DNA of 54,915 bases, filler included, from Squatina squatina (Eukaryota): NCBI GenBank assembly GCA_031763465.1. It is 3 parts of 3 records of this genome, joined end to end, with 100 filler letters (N's around TTAATTAATTAA, not from the genome) between each part and the next. Parts side by side here need not be neighbours in the genome. Positions count along the whole stretch, not along the records: positions 1 to 16,452 come from JARFOE010000007.1; positions 16,553 to 32,581 come from JARFOE010000013.1; 1 more part is not named here. One strand, given 5' to 3'. Within the stretch, counting starts at the first letter, position 1, and every line of letters begins with the position of its first letter. The translations under genes were made by a program, and so were the position numbers. The notes below the pieces were generated by a model. It searched no databases and was not told the origin of the DNA. It worked only from the letters and a program-made list of their open reading frames with translations. This document shows positions 11,945-25,300 of the stretch, piece by piece.

Positions 11945-12395
11945 AAAGCTCAGGAAGGATATATTGGCCTTGGAGGGGGTGCAGAATAGTACTGGGGCTT
12001 AAAGGGTTAAATTATGAGGATAGGTTGCCTGGTATTCCCTTGGGTTTAGTAGGCTGAGGGGTGATCTGATTCTCATTAAATTGATAAAGGGATATAATAG
12101 GATGGATACAGAGAAACTATTTCCTCTGGTCAGGGGATCCAGAATAAGGGGGCACAATCTCAGGCCTGGCAGGAATAAAGTCAGGAAGCACCTCTTCAGA
12201 CAGAGTAGTGGAAATCTGGAACTCTCTCTCCCAAAAGGTTGTGGGTGCTGGGGTTCAAGACTGAGATCAGTAGATTCTTTTGGGGGTAAGGAATATGGAG
12301 CAATGGCGACTAACTGTACAGATCAGCCATGATCTAATTGAATAGCGGAACAGGCTCGAGGAGCTGGATGGCCTTCCCCCATTCTTGTGTTCCCA
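11945..12395 (+). mobile_element. CR1 LINE 3' fragment (degenerate ORF2 end plus tail)
   Basis: LKGLNYEDRL, ...MDTEKLFPLV.GSRIRGHNL and tail GGCTCGAGGAGCTGGATGGCCT. Confidence 0.85.
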
Positions 12396-13269
12396 TGAAT
12401 ACAGGGACATTGGACAGGGAAGAATTTAAGCCATAAAGGACCCTGCCTGATTTTCTTTCAGTTAATTTAAATGAAGATGGCGTGAACTCCTCTATAGGGA
12501 TATGCCCCTCTGCACACAATGTCCCTGTATTCACTGTGCTCAGTCACAGGGCCAGGAAAATCCCCCTTCGAATGAGCACATTCTCCATTGCGTGAATTGC
12601 GAAGGATTATGCACCTACTTACTTTGCTTTTTAGATACTGCCAATGCACTGTTAGTTGTTCAGAGAGCCTTTTATTGGCAGTGCCTTAGTTCTCGTGTAC
12701 AGTAACTATCAGTAAGTGATCTAATGCCCAATGAATATGAGTAAAAAGTCTTAAGGTTAAAGAGGATTATTGAAATACAATGGTGATATTCAAAATAATA
12801 TCACAAAAGGCAACATCAATGTAAATTTGGCAANNNNNNNNNNNNNNNNNNNNNNNNNNNNNNNNNNNNNNNNNNNNNNNNNNNNNNNNNNNNNNNNNNN
12901 NNNNNNNNNNNNNNNNNNNNNNNNNNNNNNNNNTCGGGGGAGGAAGGGGGAAGGCATGTGGGGGGGATAAAGGACAGTGTATGGGAGGATGGAAGATGAG
13001 CGGGGGAAGGATAGCACGAAGGCTTCTACATTGGGAGAGTTAGTGAGGAGGCACACTGGAGGGGGCATATATAGATTGTTTTAACTTTCTTATTTTGCCT
13101 CTTTTTTTTTTCTCCCCTCCTTTTACCTGACATTGGCGGCCACTGATGTTTTTCTGAGCTAATATGCTTGTATTTATTTGGGTGAAGCTGATAGGAGTGG
13201 GAATGGCATTCTGAGGTCATGGCTGAAGAAAATAAACATTATCAGAGCTATATGCATATAATATATATA

Positions 13270-13668
13270 TTCATCCTCGGAATGTGAGCAAGGCTGACAT
13301 TTCTTGCCCATTCCTAGTTGCCATGAGAAGGTGATGGTCGATCTTCTGTTTGATACGACTGAGTGGCTTACACGGCTACTTCAGAGGGCAGTTAAGAGTC
13401 ACCCACGCTCCTCCTCCTCAGGCTGATGTGCGACTGGAGTCATATATAGGACAGACTGGCTAAGGAAGTCAAGTTTCCTTCCCTAGAGGACATTAGTGAA
13501 CCAGCTGGGTTTTAACAATCTGACAGCTTCGTGGTCACTTTTACTGAGACCAGCTTCTTCTTTCCAGATTTTTTAAAAACTGAATTCAAAGTCTCAAACT
13601 GCCATGATGGGGTTTGAACTCACATTCTCTGGATCAGTAGTCTGGTAACATAACCACTACACCACCAT
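13270..13668 (-). mobile_element. tRNA-derived SINE with CR1-type 3' tail
   Basis: Reverse complement starts ATGGTGGTGTAGTGGTTATGTTACC...GAGTTCAAACCCCATCATGGCAG (A/B boxes) and ends ...GGGCAAGAAATGTCAGCC...CACATTCCGAGGATGAA. Confidence 0.7.
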
Positions 13669-13901
13669 AATAATCATCTCTGCATAGTAACTGATAATTT
13701 TAGTTCTGATAATTAATTGTTTTTCAACCAATTGGGAGTTAGTTTGGCCAAACTGACTCAATCGGATTGAGTTTTCCAAACGTGTATGAAATGGTCATTC
13801 TTTTTTGTGTTCCATTTGGAGGATTTATTTTGGGGTTTAAAACTATTTCAAACTTTACTTCCTCACAGTTGAAATGAAGTGTTGCCATTCTGTTCCTGTA
13901 G

Positions 13902-14062
13902 GTGAATGATGATGTTTTCCTGTTTGAGAAGCCAGGGTTGTTTTTTGTCACAGTAGATGCCTGTTCTGGAGATATTTTGAGCAGGCAACATTTTGACACC
14001 GCCCATGCTCTGCAGGTGGCTGACTCCATTGCTAATTACATCCAGGCGACCATTCGAGAAAG
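13902..14062 (+). CDS. CEMIP2/TMEM2-like exon (C-terminal GG-type domain)
   Basis: GTAG|VNDDVFLFEKPGLFFVTVDACSGDILSRQHFDTAHALQVADSIANYIQATIRE(R)|GTAGGC; matches VNGTDFTF...VVDPCS...YLKTGIPPR. Its phase 2 fits the next exon. Confidence 0.85.
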
Positions 14063-14719
14063 GTAGGCAGATGGACAATTATCTATTTTCCATAAAATGC
14101 CAACTGTTTTTGTGAAAGCAGCTGCGATGCTTGGGATAGATTGAAAAATCGTTGTCTTCCGAGGCATGGACTGAGATTAGCTGCACAACATGATCATAAT
14201 CCTTTATAGCCCACACGGTGAGAGACTTTGAGTAGGAGCCGCTTGTATGTGAAGACTGTTTAAGCTTCTGTACACAAGAAAGGAACCAAAATGGCGTGTG
14301 GCTGGCCAAAGAATGCAAGGCCATCTGCTGGGGCGAGGGATGGTGAACAGAGTAGGAAGCCCATAATAGGGAGAAGAAAAAATATGTACTCTTTTTTTAG
14401 AAAAATACAGTCGACAAACTTTCTTTTAAGTGCCCAAAAGGCTAGTTAAACTGTTGTTGTAAACAAAACATTTGGCTTCATGTAGGTTGCAGAAATACAG
14501 GGTATAATTATGGCAAGTGGTGAAACTGCTAAATTATAAACCTAAGTTTTGTGCAGATTAAAGGGTCTAAAAGTTCTCTCTTTTCCCTTGCTGTATAGTA
14601 TGGCCAAGGACAACCAAAGGAGAAACAGAAGATTTTTCTGGTTAACAACCAGTACTAGAGCTTCATTGGGTCTGTTGTAATGGCTGACTATTATGTCCTC
14701 CATAATATAGTTTTAATCT

Positions 14720-15070
14720 GATCCCGAGTCTCAGAGGACTGCGTGATGAGGAAAGGCTAGAAAACCTAGGCCTCTTCAACCTTGAAACGAGACAGGACAC
14801 TGTAGCAATATACAAGATACTATGGGGAACAGCAAAGGTTAACACTGAGCTCTATCTCCAGTCAAACTATAGCTGCAGGACATGTCAGTACAAACTGGTA
14901 TAAGGCAAGTTCACGACTGAGGTCATTGAGCGCTTCTTCACACAATGTGCTCAATATCTGGAATGGAGCCAAATACTCCAGAATCATTTGATATTGTGAT
15001 GGGGAGGCAATAACTGAAAATTTATATGGAGGGTTGATCTAGTGAACCAAACGTCCATCCTCACCTGTAT
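14720..15070 (+). mobile_element. Old CR1 3' fragment
   Basis: GAGGAAAGGCTAGAAAACCTAGGCCTCTTCAACCTTGAA reads EERLENLGLFNLE, a CR1 ORF2 end motif. Confidence 0.65.
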
Positions 15071-15619
15071 CTATTAGTGTTAATCTCAGGCTCACAGCAC
15101 CTCCTTACTTTATTTAGCCTTCACTGTACCTTTTTCTTTTAAGAGAATGGCCTAACCAACATCTCGAACAAATTTATTATCCTCTTTCTTTTTATATTTC
15201 ATGAGATATAAAACCCAGAATCTATCTCACTTTTCAACCTGATCTTTCACATTTCTAAATCAATTCCCAGATTTTCCATCCTTCCCATTTTTCCAAAGCT
15301 TCCCATTGCCTCGCATATTCTTAGATCCTTTGTTCTTTCATTTCTTTAATGCTTCTTACTATTACTTGACTGAGATAATCACTTAAATTATTCAGAAATC
15401 CCTCCACTGATCTTTTCTCTGTTTATTTGGCTCTTTTCCCCTTTTTTTAACCAGATTCTATTGAGACACATCTTCAGCTCTTATCTACAGTTCTGTAAAT
15501 CCAAAACAGTGACTGTCTGGTTTTTCCACAAATGTAGATTAATTTGCTGTGTTTTCTGTTTTTGTGTTAAAGATTGATCTATCTACATCTGTAATTTTTT
15601 TTCCTCCTTTGCTCTGTTC

Positions 15620-16025
15620 AGAGTCTTGCCGTTTAAGGTAAACTTTCTTTTCATTGTTCTTTTTTCCCAATATACTACTTCACATTTCTCTGCACTAAAC
15701 TGCAACTGGCGCCTATCTGCCCACTCTCCTAATACACTTATGTCCTCTTGCATTCTTTCTCACTGTTTGCCATGCCTCCTTAACTTGGTATCAACAGCAA
15801 ACTTCAATATCATTCCTCCTGTGCCTATGTCCAAATCATTTATATAATGGAAATCAAGAGGTCCCAGCATAGATCCCTGGAGCACACCACTATCCACAAG
15901 TGGCCAGTCTGAAAAACACCCAGTTACTCTGGGTCTGAGCCATTTCCCTATCTATGTGGCTTCATTCTCTTTAATGCCATGTGCCTTAATATTTGTAACC
16001 AGTCTTCTATGTGGCATGATATCAA
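15620..16025 (-). mobile_element. CR1 reverse-transcriptase fragment, degenerate
   Basis: Minus strand contains SGVLQGSMLGPL...INDLD...KFAVDTKL and WQLQFSAEKCEVV-like motifs. Confidence 0.8.
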
Positions 16026-16232
16026 AAAGCGAGCTGATAATCCAAATATACAATGTTGTCCATCCCGTTCCCGTTATATATGCAGTCGAATATTTTGGAA
16101 AAAACTTGTCACTGAGGAAAAAAATCACAAGTTTATTTTTGGAAAAATGAGAATGTCTTATAAATGATTTAACAATAAACTATTTGCATCTGTCAGTGTT
16201 TTTATTTTATTGTTTGTTTCTCTCCTTTGCAG

Positions 16233-16342
16233 GTCAATCACTCTTGTCTGTACAAGAGATGATTCTGGATGGCCACTAACCTATGTGTCTTCAGCCTTTC
16301 TAAGGCTGGGTGCTGCAAAGCCAATCAAATTTTACATGGAAG
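16233..16342 (+). CDS. CEMIP2/TMEM2-like exon (penultimate region)
   Basis: CTTTGCAG|(R)SITLVCTRDDSGWPLTYVSSAFLRLGAAKPIKFYME(G)|GTGATG; matches SIVLLSTRG...LGLAKPAHLYDKG. The final exon is not in this scaffold. Confidence 0.85.
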
Positions 16343-16452
16343 GTGATGCGTTAGTTTGTGCTAGTTCTCCATTAATATCTTTAAAATTAACATTTTATTT
16401 AGCATCAAGTGCCATTTGTGGAAGAGAGTTCCAAACTTCTACCAGCCTTTCT

Positions 16453-16552
16453 NNNNNNNNNNNNNNNNNNNNNNNNNNNNNNNNNNNNNNNNNNNNTTAA
16501 TTAATTAANNNNNNNNNNNNNNNNNNNNNNNNNNNNNNNNNNNNNNNNNNNN
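16453..16552. other. Artificial scaffold-concatenation pad (N44-TTAATTAATTAA-N44)
   Basis: Six-frame-stop 12-mer at 16497-16508 flanked by 44 N on each side; identical to the pad at 32582-32681. Confidence 0.95.
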
Positions 16553-17669
16553 AAATGTCCTGTCATGTGCTTTGAACTTTAACCTAACATCACAGCAAAA
16601 GCCCGGCCAGTATAAATGCTGCTTGAGGTCTTTCCTTCTTTCCAAATAATTATTTATAATATATTTGCAGGGACTGCTTTCCCTCAGGATGTGTGGTGCT
16701 CGGGACGTCAGCCTGTGTCCTCGTAGTCCTCTCCCACAATGACAGTGTTCAATGACACTAGCCCTCAGGGAGAATGGGAAGTTCAGCTCCCGTAAATGCA
16801 CTTTCTATTTGAGGTGGTTAGGAAATCTGTTCATGACTCTGAGTGTGGTTTGATCATGCCAATAAGGTACTTTGACATGAAAGACTTGATATCCTGGGTT
16901 AGCATTGCCCATTGACCTATAGCCATTGTACTCAGAGTTAAATGAGATGCAGATATAAATTGAACACTTCTGAGGCCTTGTTATTTCTTAAATGCTTAAC
17001 TGCCAAGACTGCAACGAAATCAGAATAATAAAAAAAAATACACATCCCAGATGTTACAGTCTCGGCCCTGGAGCAAAACTGTCACTCGTTAAACTTCATG
17101 GTGCCCCAGGGTCCAGCTGAGGTACAGCTGGGAGCACTGGGAGTCCAGATGTCGAATATTGAATTCAGTGCAAAATTGGAACTGCTGTCTTCAGGGTTTT
17201 GATTGTGACAAGCAGCCGCAGATTTTCAGAACAGAATGGGGTTTTTGCTAATCTAGAAGTATAATGAAATACAAAGAAGCCTAGCCCTTGGGGAAATATT
17301 ACTGTCGCAATAAAATTCTCAAGAATCATAATCCATATGGATACATTTCTTATTAGTTTAATAATGCAGCTTAGTCAGTGCAGTTGAATTTTGATGAATG
17401 CACATCTAAATTGCACAGATTTATTTTTGAGCAGCAATTTTTTTGTAATGAAAGTAAAGGGAAACAATATGTTATAATTGTAGACTTTGCTCAGAACTAT
17501 ACCTGAATATTGATAGACGAACTTCATATAAACTATGTGAATTATAGCTCTCTATCTACAATATATTAAAAGTCTTACACATATAATTCTACTTATCATT
17601 AGAATTACTTTCCAGTCTTGCCAAAGCTAGGTGGTGCTGTTAAGTATGTTTCACAGCACCACCCACCTC

Positions 17670-17888
17670 CATAAGACCATAAGAAATAGGAGCAGGAGTA
17701 GGCCATTCAGCCCCTCGAGCTTGCTCTGCCATTCAATGAGATCATGGCTGATCTGATTCTGATCTCAACTTCACTTTCCTGCCTGTTCCCCATAAACTTT
17801 GACTCCCCTGTTGCTCAAAAATCTGTCTATCTCAGCCTTGAATATGTTCAATGACTCGGCCTCCACAGCTCTCTGGGGTAAAGAATTC
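17670..17888 (-). mobile_element. CR1 LINE 3' end
   Basis: CATAAGACCATAAGAAATAGGAGCAGGAGTAGGCCATTCAGCCCCTCGAG, the reverse complement of a CR1 tail; same family as 19408-19868. Confidence 0.85.
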
Positions 17889-19407
17889 NNNNNNNNNNNN
17901 NNNNNNNNNNNNNNNNNNNNNNNNNNNNNNNNNNNNNNNNNNNNNNNNNNNNNNNNNNNNNNNNNNNNNNNNNNNNNNNNNNNNNNNNACTGAAGAGCAG
18001 TCTTGCAGGGATTACACCATGGAACTGACCCTGGAGTTTGGGATTAGGTCTAGATCTTGGTGTAAGGGAAAAGGCCTTGAAATTCCACAAGCGGCAATCC
18101 CAGCAGTGTTGCACCAGTGCACTCCAATGCTGACCTCCATCAGAATTTGCAGAGGTAGTGGAAGGGCACCTCATTTGCCTGGGGCAGACAGGTGCAAGTA
18201 GCACCTGAGAACTATCTTTGGTGCCCTGTCTGCCCCATGCCAGCTGACTGCTCAAGGTGTGGGAGCCTGCCAGGCCCCCTTCCCACCCCTGAGCCCAACA
18301 ACGCACTAGCTTTAGCAACTGATTTATTTGGGAAAACGCCAAATCCCAAGGCACCGAAGGCATCAATGGCACGCCTGGGCAAGGCAAGAGAAAAGGAGCC
18401 AGGGTTCTTTCTCCAGTGTCTCCTGCTTGACAGTCTGCATGTGTGGATGCAAGAATGTAACGCCGCCCCTGCCTCCCCTCCCCTACCCCACACCCAACCA
18501 CCCCTGTATTTGCATACTCTCCCAACACTCAACATTTGGGTACACCCATCAAGAATGGGTGCATTGGGTTGGAGCCAAAAGCTGGTGTCTTCAGGAGATG
18601 AGGAGAGAACATTGGAGTGAAATATCAGTATCTATTACATTACACTGAACCATACAGAAACCTATAGCACATTCAATTAGTTACGGGAGAGTTGGCCTAA
18701 GTAATTACATATGCTTATGGAGTGGGACAAAAAAGATATGCTTTGCAAACAATCAAAACTAAAAATGGGCATCTTTAACCACTTTTGACTACAATGACAA
18801 CCGTGTTTGTTTTTGTCAGACTTTTCATTAAGGCTTCATTAATTACTAGCTGTATCACTTCAATGAAAAATTGAATGGAGGGCAACCCTTATTACCAATG
18901 TGCAGTAACAAGAATGATTAATGAGAATAACAGCTATTTTTTAGCAGTTCCACGCTACAAGGAATGAGCTGCACAGCAGTTTGCAGCCTCATTAGTGAGC
19001 TCTCACCTATCACTGCAGTCTCTCTTCAGATTAGATTAGTCTTATGCCAGTTTGGTAATGATATTCAGCTGTACTTTATTTGAACTTGGTCTTATCATGG
19101 AACGTTATTATTAATTCTTTTATGGGTCTAACAATCCTGTGGCTTATTCCCAATATGGATAGTTCATTCAAAATTCAATTAAGTCATTTTTTTTTACTGT
19201 AACTGATTCCTATTAGGTTGGACACTCCTGCTGACAAAGGGTCTGAAGGCTTGCCTCAGCTCAGTGGCAGTAAGATCTTTTGTTAATTTTCTGCCCTCTG
19301 TTCATGAAGCTGTTGACTCTTGCTGAGGATAAGAAAGAACCTACAGTCATATATTGGTTTATCATCCAAAAATGCTTTATAATTAATGGATATCTTCTGA
19401 AGTGGTA

Positions 19408-19868
19408 TCATAAGAACTAGGAGCAGGAGTAGGCCATTTGGCCCCTCGAGCCTGCTCCGCCTATCAACAAGATCATGGCTGATAATCTACCTCAACACCA
19501 TTTTCCTGCACTATCCCCATATCCCTAGATTGGCTCAATATCTAAAAATCTATCGATCTCTGTTTTGAGTATAATCAATGACTGAGCCTTCACAGTCCTC
19601 TAGGGTGGAGAATTCCAAAGATTCACTACCCTCTGAGTGAAGGAACTTCTCCTCATCTCAGTCCTAAATGGCTTACCCATTATTCTTAGACTGTAACCCC
19701 TAGTTCTCGATTTGCCAACCAGGGAAACATCCTCCCTGCAACTACCTTGTCGAGCCCTGTAAGAATTTTGTACGTTTCAATGAGATCATCTCTCATTCTT
19801 CTAAAATCGAGAGAATACTCAAACTCTCCTCATAGGACAATACCGCCATCTCAGGAATCAGACTGGTA
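19408..19868 (-). mobile_element. CR1 LINE 3' fragment
   Basis: Tail plus ORF2 end (RDDLIETYKILTGLDKVVAGRMFPWL...RTRGYSLRI...FRTEMRRSSFTQRVVNLWNSLP). Confidence 0.9.
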
Positions 19869-19869
19869 T

Positions 19870-20160
19870 CATTGTTGTAATGTAGGCAAACATGACAGCG
19901 AATTTGCACACAGCAATGTCCCACAAGCAACAAATAAATGTATGACCAGGTGGTAATGGACGAGGTAAGAATGTTGGGCAAGAGACTGGGAGCACTCGCC
20001 TCGCTCCTCTTCAAGTAGTGCCATAGGATTTTTTATGTCCAACCAAGCAAACAGTTCAAAAAAGGGTACTTCCAACAATGTAGCACTCCCTCAGTACTGC
20101 ATTGAAGTGTCAGTCTAGATTATGTGTTGAAGTCACTACTTTCTGACTTAAGAGAGGAGG
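19870..20160 (-). mobile_element. SacSINE1/Deu-type SINE fragment
   Basis: Shares GCACTCCCTCAGTACTGCA and CTCTTC...GTGCCAT.GGAT with 39805-40255. Confidence 0.75.
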
Positions 20161-20530
20161 GGTGCCCAATTTGCGGGTATGCTTTCAGCACAAAATCAGC
20201 GGAGAACGGGCGTACATGTACTTTCGGGTGTCCAAACATGGACGCAAAATTCAGCTCCCGTTAGCGCTGGTGCGAAACAGGCGCGTGGCCTGTAATGCTC
20301 CAAGCACTAGCCTAAACGTTAGTGCTGCGCTATAACGTCATCAGTGCACACGTTGCCCAAAATGGCCGCCCGCCCGGAATTTGATAGTGTCAGCGTGCCA
20401 ACGCCTGGATTTTTCAGCGGTGACACGGGCCTCTGCTCAGCGATTGTAGCGCAAGTGAAAGCTCTGAAAGTAGGCTTCATTTTATATTTGTCCAGCTGCC
20501 CCATGTCGCGCTCATCACATGACTAATTAT
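20160..20530. mobile_element. CpG-rich MITE-like DNA transposon fragment
   Basis: CpG-dense block with no credible ORF, resembling the other MITE-like blocks in the window. Confidence 0.4.
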
Positions 20531-22074
20531 TTCCTGGCCTCACTCTGAGCCCCTGCTGGCCTGTCTTGGGGTTGAAACTCTCTTTCNNNNNNNNNNNNNN
20601 NNNNNNNNNNNNNNNNNNNNNNNNNNNNNNNNNNNNNNNNNNNNNNNNNNNNNNNNNNNNNNNNNNNNNNNNNNNNNNNNNNNNNNTACTTGACCTTTTG
20701 CTTGTCAGATGGTGATTTTGGGCTTTTCATCAGGGAATCTTGCAATCAGGCAGGAATATTTTATCAGCCTCAGTGCTGCTTGTACAACCTCTTGTCTTCA
20801 ATAATTGTCTCGAAGACAGTGATTAATGCCGTGCTTAAATATTTAACACTCTTGAGTATCACATTGTCTGTTTTCTTAAGCAAATGCAAAATGCTTTCGT
20901 TTAACAAGTTTCTTCAGGCAAAATGCAGCACAGAGAACCCTTGTATATGACAGCCATTTTCAGGATCAATGTCAGATACTGGTGCCTTTTATGTTTGTGC
21001 TCAAAACACATCCAGTTTCCGAAGGGTGGGCTCCACGCACCATTCTCCCGCTTATACACTTGTACTTAAGAGACACCGGCACAGAAAGAGCAGGACCAGT
21101 TTCTGCATGTACATACCTTATCATGACAGCATGTTATCCTGGGTTGATGATGCTGCCAGGGTAAGGAGCTGGGCTTGATTACACTATGGAGTGCAGCCGG
21201 TGAATAGAGGGCAACATGTTTGTAATGGCTGCGCTCATATCACTTTGCATTTATATTGCACCTTGAATGCAGAATGCATTCTGAGACACTTCACAGAGAG
21301 AGAAAAAATGATGGGCCTGAAATTGCGANNNNNNNNNNNNNNNNNNNNNNNNNNNNNNNNNNNNNNNNNNNNNNNNNNNNNNNNNNNNNNNNNNNNNNNN
21401 NNNNNNNNNNNNNNNNNNNNNNNNNNNNGCACATTTAGTCCACTTTCAGCTTTAATTTCAAATATCTGGTATTACTACAAAAAAACAATCCTACTAATTA
21501 GCTTTGCGTCAAGAGTACAAATTCATAAAATCTACCCTTTTAACTATAGTTTTGAACATCAAAAGCCACTTCCAATGCTGGTGATTATCTTAAGCAAAGT
21601 AGCAATGCTCTGAAAGGGATGATTAAATTATACACCATGAGCTACTTTCCGTAAACTAACAGTGCTTATGCCTTTCTAAAGTTATTAGTTGTCTCTCCTG
21701 AATATCCTCTTGTTTCCTCCCAAATGTCCTTGAACATTACCTCTTCTGAACTCACTGTCAGCATAATTCAAACCATTATATCATCCTCCTCATTTTTTTT
21801 GTGAGTTGGATCGTTTCATCGTACATCAAGATGCTCACCTAAACTGATTTTCTCCAAAGTGTAGCAGATGTATTAGTAAAGGCAGACTAGGTAATTTGAC
21901 AAAATGCCTATTAAACAACATCTGCAGCCATGTCAAGCTGCTGCTGCACTATCACAGAATGGTGATTACAATGTCTCTTCCCCAGGCCGTTCTTTAAAGC
22001 CGTCACCTGCTGCTCCTTATGTTCCTATGCAAAGGCTCTTTTTCAAATTGAGAAGGAACCAGGTCATTTTGTAG

Positions 22075-22325
22075 TCTGTTGGTAGGCAGTCCCTCGGGTG
22101 CGAGGCTGACTTGCTTCCACTCCGGAGTTGTGGGTTCTGAGGTGGCTGAAAATTCCCACGCGGGATCCGCAAACTCGACCACAGGTGGGGCAGGTGGTGT
22201 TTGATGGGGCGAGAGGATGGGAAGCTCGTGTTTCCGTGCGCTCCTTCCGCTGCCTGCGCTTGGCCTCCATGTGCTCCCGCCGGAGAAACTCGAAGCAGTT
22301 GGCGCCTTCACGGATGCTGCTCCTC
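22075..22325 (-). mobile_element. RTE-clade LINE 3' end with C-terminal C2H2 zinc finger
   Basis: EAKRRQRKER...CPTCGRVCGSRVGIFSHLRTH is the characteristic RTE ORF C-terminus; cut by a gap. Confidence 0.85.
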
Positions 22326-25300
22326 NNNNNNNNNNNNNNNNNNNNNNNNNNNNNNNNNNNNNNNNNNNNNNNNNNNNNNNNNNNNNNNNNNNNNNNNNNN
22401 NNNNNNNNNNNNNNNNNNNNNNNNNTAAACTTGCCTTCATGTCATGGTCTGAAGAATGGAACGTTGACTGGGACACCAGGAGATCCTTCAGTACTTCTTC
22501 AAAAAGTGTCTTGGGAACTTTGGCATCTGAACAACCAGACAGGGCCTTGATTTAATCGCATTAAAAGGACAACATCTCCATCAATGCGATATTCTCTCGG
22601 TATTGCAATGGATGGATGGAACGAGAGAGGTTGTGAATTAGATGGTGAGACAGACTAAGTTAGAAAGTTCTAAAAAATATAGCTATTTTTGTGGAGGTAG
22701 CTAAGCAAATAAATAGAAAGCATTGACACACCAGAGACTCACAATCTATTTCAGCACTACATACAGAAAAAATATATGGAACTGAAATATTTTGAATAGA
22801 GTGCCTTGTCTGAACTATTTTTTCCTCACAGTTGTTCTAGTACATTCGGGCAATAAAACATTCTTGCATTAAAAGAGCCAATGAGTGAAGGTGCTATAAA
22901 AAGCTGAATATTGCTCTTCAGGGTCTAATTTTTCAACAACAGGGGATGCATCAAGCTGTAATACAATGTACCCTTAATTACCAACTTGCATAAAATGGGC
23001 GCATTGTCCTTGAGATTAGATATACGCGATACATTGAGACTATTGGACGAACACTATTTTGGGGCTGCAAGGACTTTGCAATATGCAATCAAGGTGTTAT
23101 TAAACAATAATAAAAATTGCCCAAGGTAAAGTAGATTTTTTGCTGGTCTTAGCATGCTGCGACAATTAATCTATTAAAGAGATGGGATTGCTTTTACTAT
23201 TCCCACATAAAACCACATTTTATGATTCTCTGCAAAGCAGAGATCACCATCATACTCCAAACAGAATACATAAACATAAAAAGCCCAGTCTCCTCGGTAG
23301 CTTCTGCATTTCAATGCTGTGGGTCCTTTTCTCCTTCACAATGTACTTGCCAATTCCAGGCTAATTTTTTTTTAATTTCGGAGAGTTATTGCTGACTCCT
23401 GTGGACTCGAGCTGATTTCAAAATAGTACTAGAGCCAACAGCTTATTAAAGGGCTGTTCAGTATTTAGCAGCAGCATCCTCGTCTGTTCTGTCTCTGCCA
23501 TTGAGGATAGCATCTTCAATCAATCTGTTGCTTGTTGCCTGAATATGCTCAGTTAGTTAAGCTCAGCTGCGGAGCAGGTAGAGCTCCTACAATTGACCTC
23601 TGTGTCCCAGTAAATCCTCATGGCTGATCCGATATTTCTCAAGTCCACCTCCCCGCCTTCTCCCCATAACCCTTGATTCCCTTACTGATTAGAANNNNNN
23701 NNNNNNNNNNNNNNNNNNNNNNNNNNNNNNNNNNNNNNNNNNNNNNNNNNNNNNNNNNNNNNNNNNNNNNNNNNNNNNNNNNNNNNNNNNNNNNAGCATC
23801 TGTGGCGCAAATTCATTTCTTCACGCAAAGCGCTCTGTGAATTGGAAAAGCTGACATTGCTTTTTAAGCCAACTAGCCTGGCACTAATACCCAGACACCA
23901 GAACTACAGTAAAAGTCAGTTTTTATTAGTACAAAGGCCTCACTTACAAAGACAGTTCTCAATGAGCTTCATCATGCTTCACTGAGCGTTTTTTTGGTTC
24001 CCTCAGAGTAATGCAATCAATTGGTATCAAGCAATTATAAAGCACCCTTGCCACAGCAAGGATCTCAGCCAGCTCTTGAGTAAAACCATTCTGCTGTGTC
24101 AGGTCATGCTTTATGCACTGTTGGGCTCTGTACAGTTGTATTGCCTGACATGATGCTGTTAATTCCAAAGAAGTGGTAAGGGTAGCTGCAGCAGTGTGCA
24201 GTTTGGGCAAGGCTTAAGCCAGATCACAGTTCCCTTCTATCAGGACCAGGATGCCAAAGGGATTCACATGCAGGTATATTTTTGAGCAAATTTGAATGTT
24301 CTTAATATCTAGCACAAGAATTTCTGAATAAAGTATTTATTTTTCATTACAGTAAGTTTCCCTCATGCTAATGACTATGTACGGAGTGGGGAGGATGTTA
24401 ATAAATCATGAGAGTTTTAGAGTGACATCTGTTTTAGACAGCAATTCTAAAAGAAATTATCAGCTGCAAAAAGCAAAAAAAATTAATGAACACATTGAGA
24501 TTCACAATAACCGTCTCAGTCAGTAAGGAGAAAAATGCCCATCACCATCTGTTGCCAGTTACAGCAAATTGTAGCAGACTTTTAAAGGTTAAATATATCA
24601 TGCATGAGTTTATGACTAAAATTGCTGCCAATTTAGATTAAGAGACAAGTGTGCAATCAGAAGGACAAAAGAGGCATTGACATAACTTCCTGAGAATGGA
24701 GATTGAGCTGAATCTGCTCATAATATCTTTAAAACAATCAGCGTAAGAACAGAACAGATGATATGATTATGCTTTGAGTTCTAAGTTTTGCGTTGGTGCT
24801 GATGAAAGTGAATTGGAAACCATTTTGTTCAATTGACATCACTTTTATATTTTACAAACTTATAGACAACCCATTTTAGAACATCAGATTGTACAGCCCC
24901 AAACAGGTCTTGGCTTCCATAATTTCACCAGGCGTTATTGGTAACTACACGTCTGCAGTGCTTAGCTGCGCATCTTACCGCAGAGACCCTTGGCTAGTCC
25001 AGGAGCAGCCACTATATCGCAAAGAGATGTCTCCAGTGATGGGGAAAAGAGGGATTTCCACAGAAATACTGTAGTTTCACTGATCTGTGCAAGCAGTTAT
25101 GTTCAGTAGNNNNNNNNNNNNNNNNNNNNNNNNNNNNNNNNNNNNNNNNNNNNNNNNNNNNNNNNNNNNNNNNNNNNNNNNNNNNNNNNNNNNNNNNNNN
25201 NNNNNNNNNACAAACAATCACAACCAAACGCATTAATCTCACACTTATAGGTAAGAACTCGGAGACATTCATTTGAAAGTCGACTTCCTGTCAACAAAAG

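Noticed and set aside
5215-13901. Many CEMIP2-like exons are missing (G8 domain and several internal exons)
   Set aside because: Each missing stretch coincides with 100-N gaps of unknown size; this is not evidence of deletion.
17848-18648. Overlapping long ORFs (226, 142, 116, 107 and 106 aa)
   Set aside because: Some span an N gap. The GC-rich block is open in several frames with no recognisable domain or splice structure, so it is probably repeat-derived.
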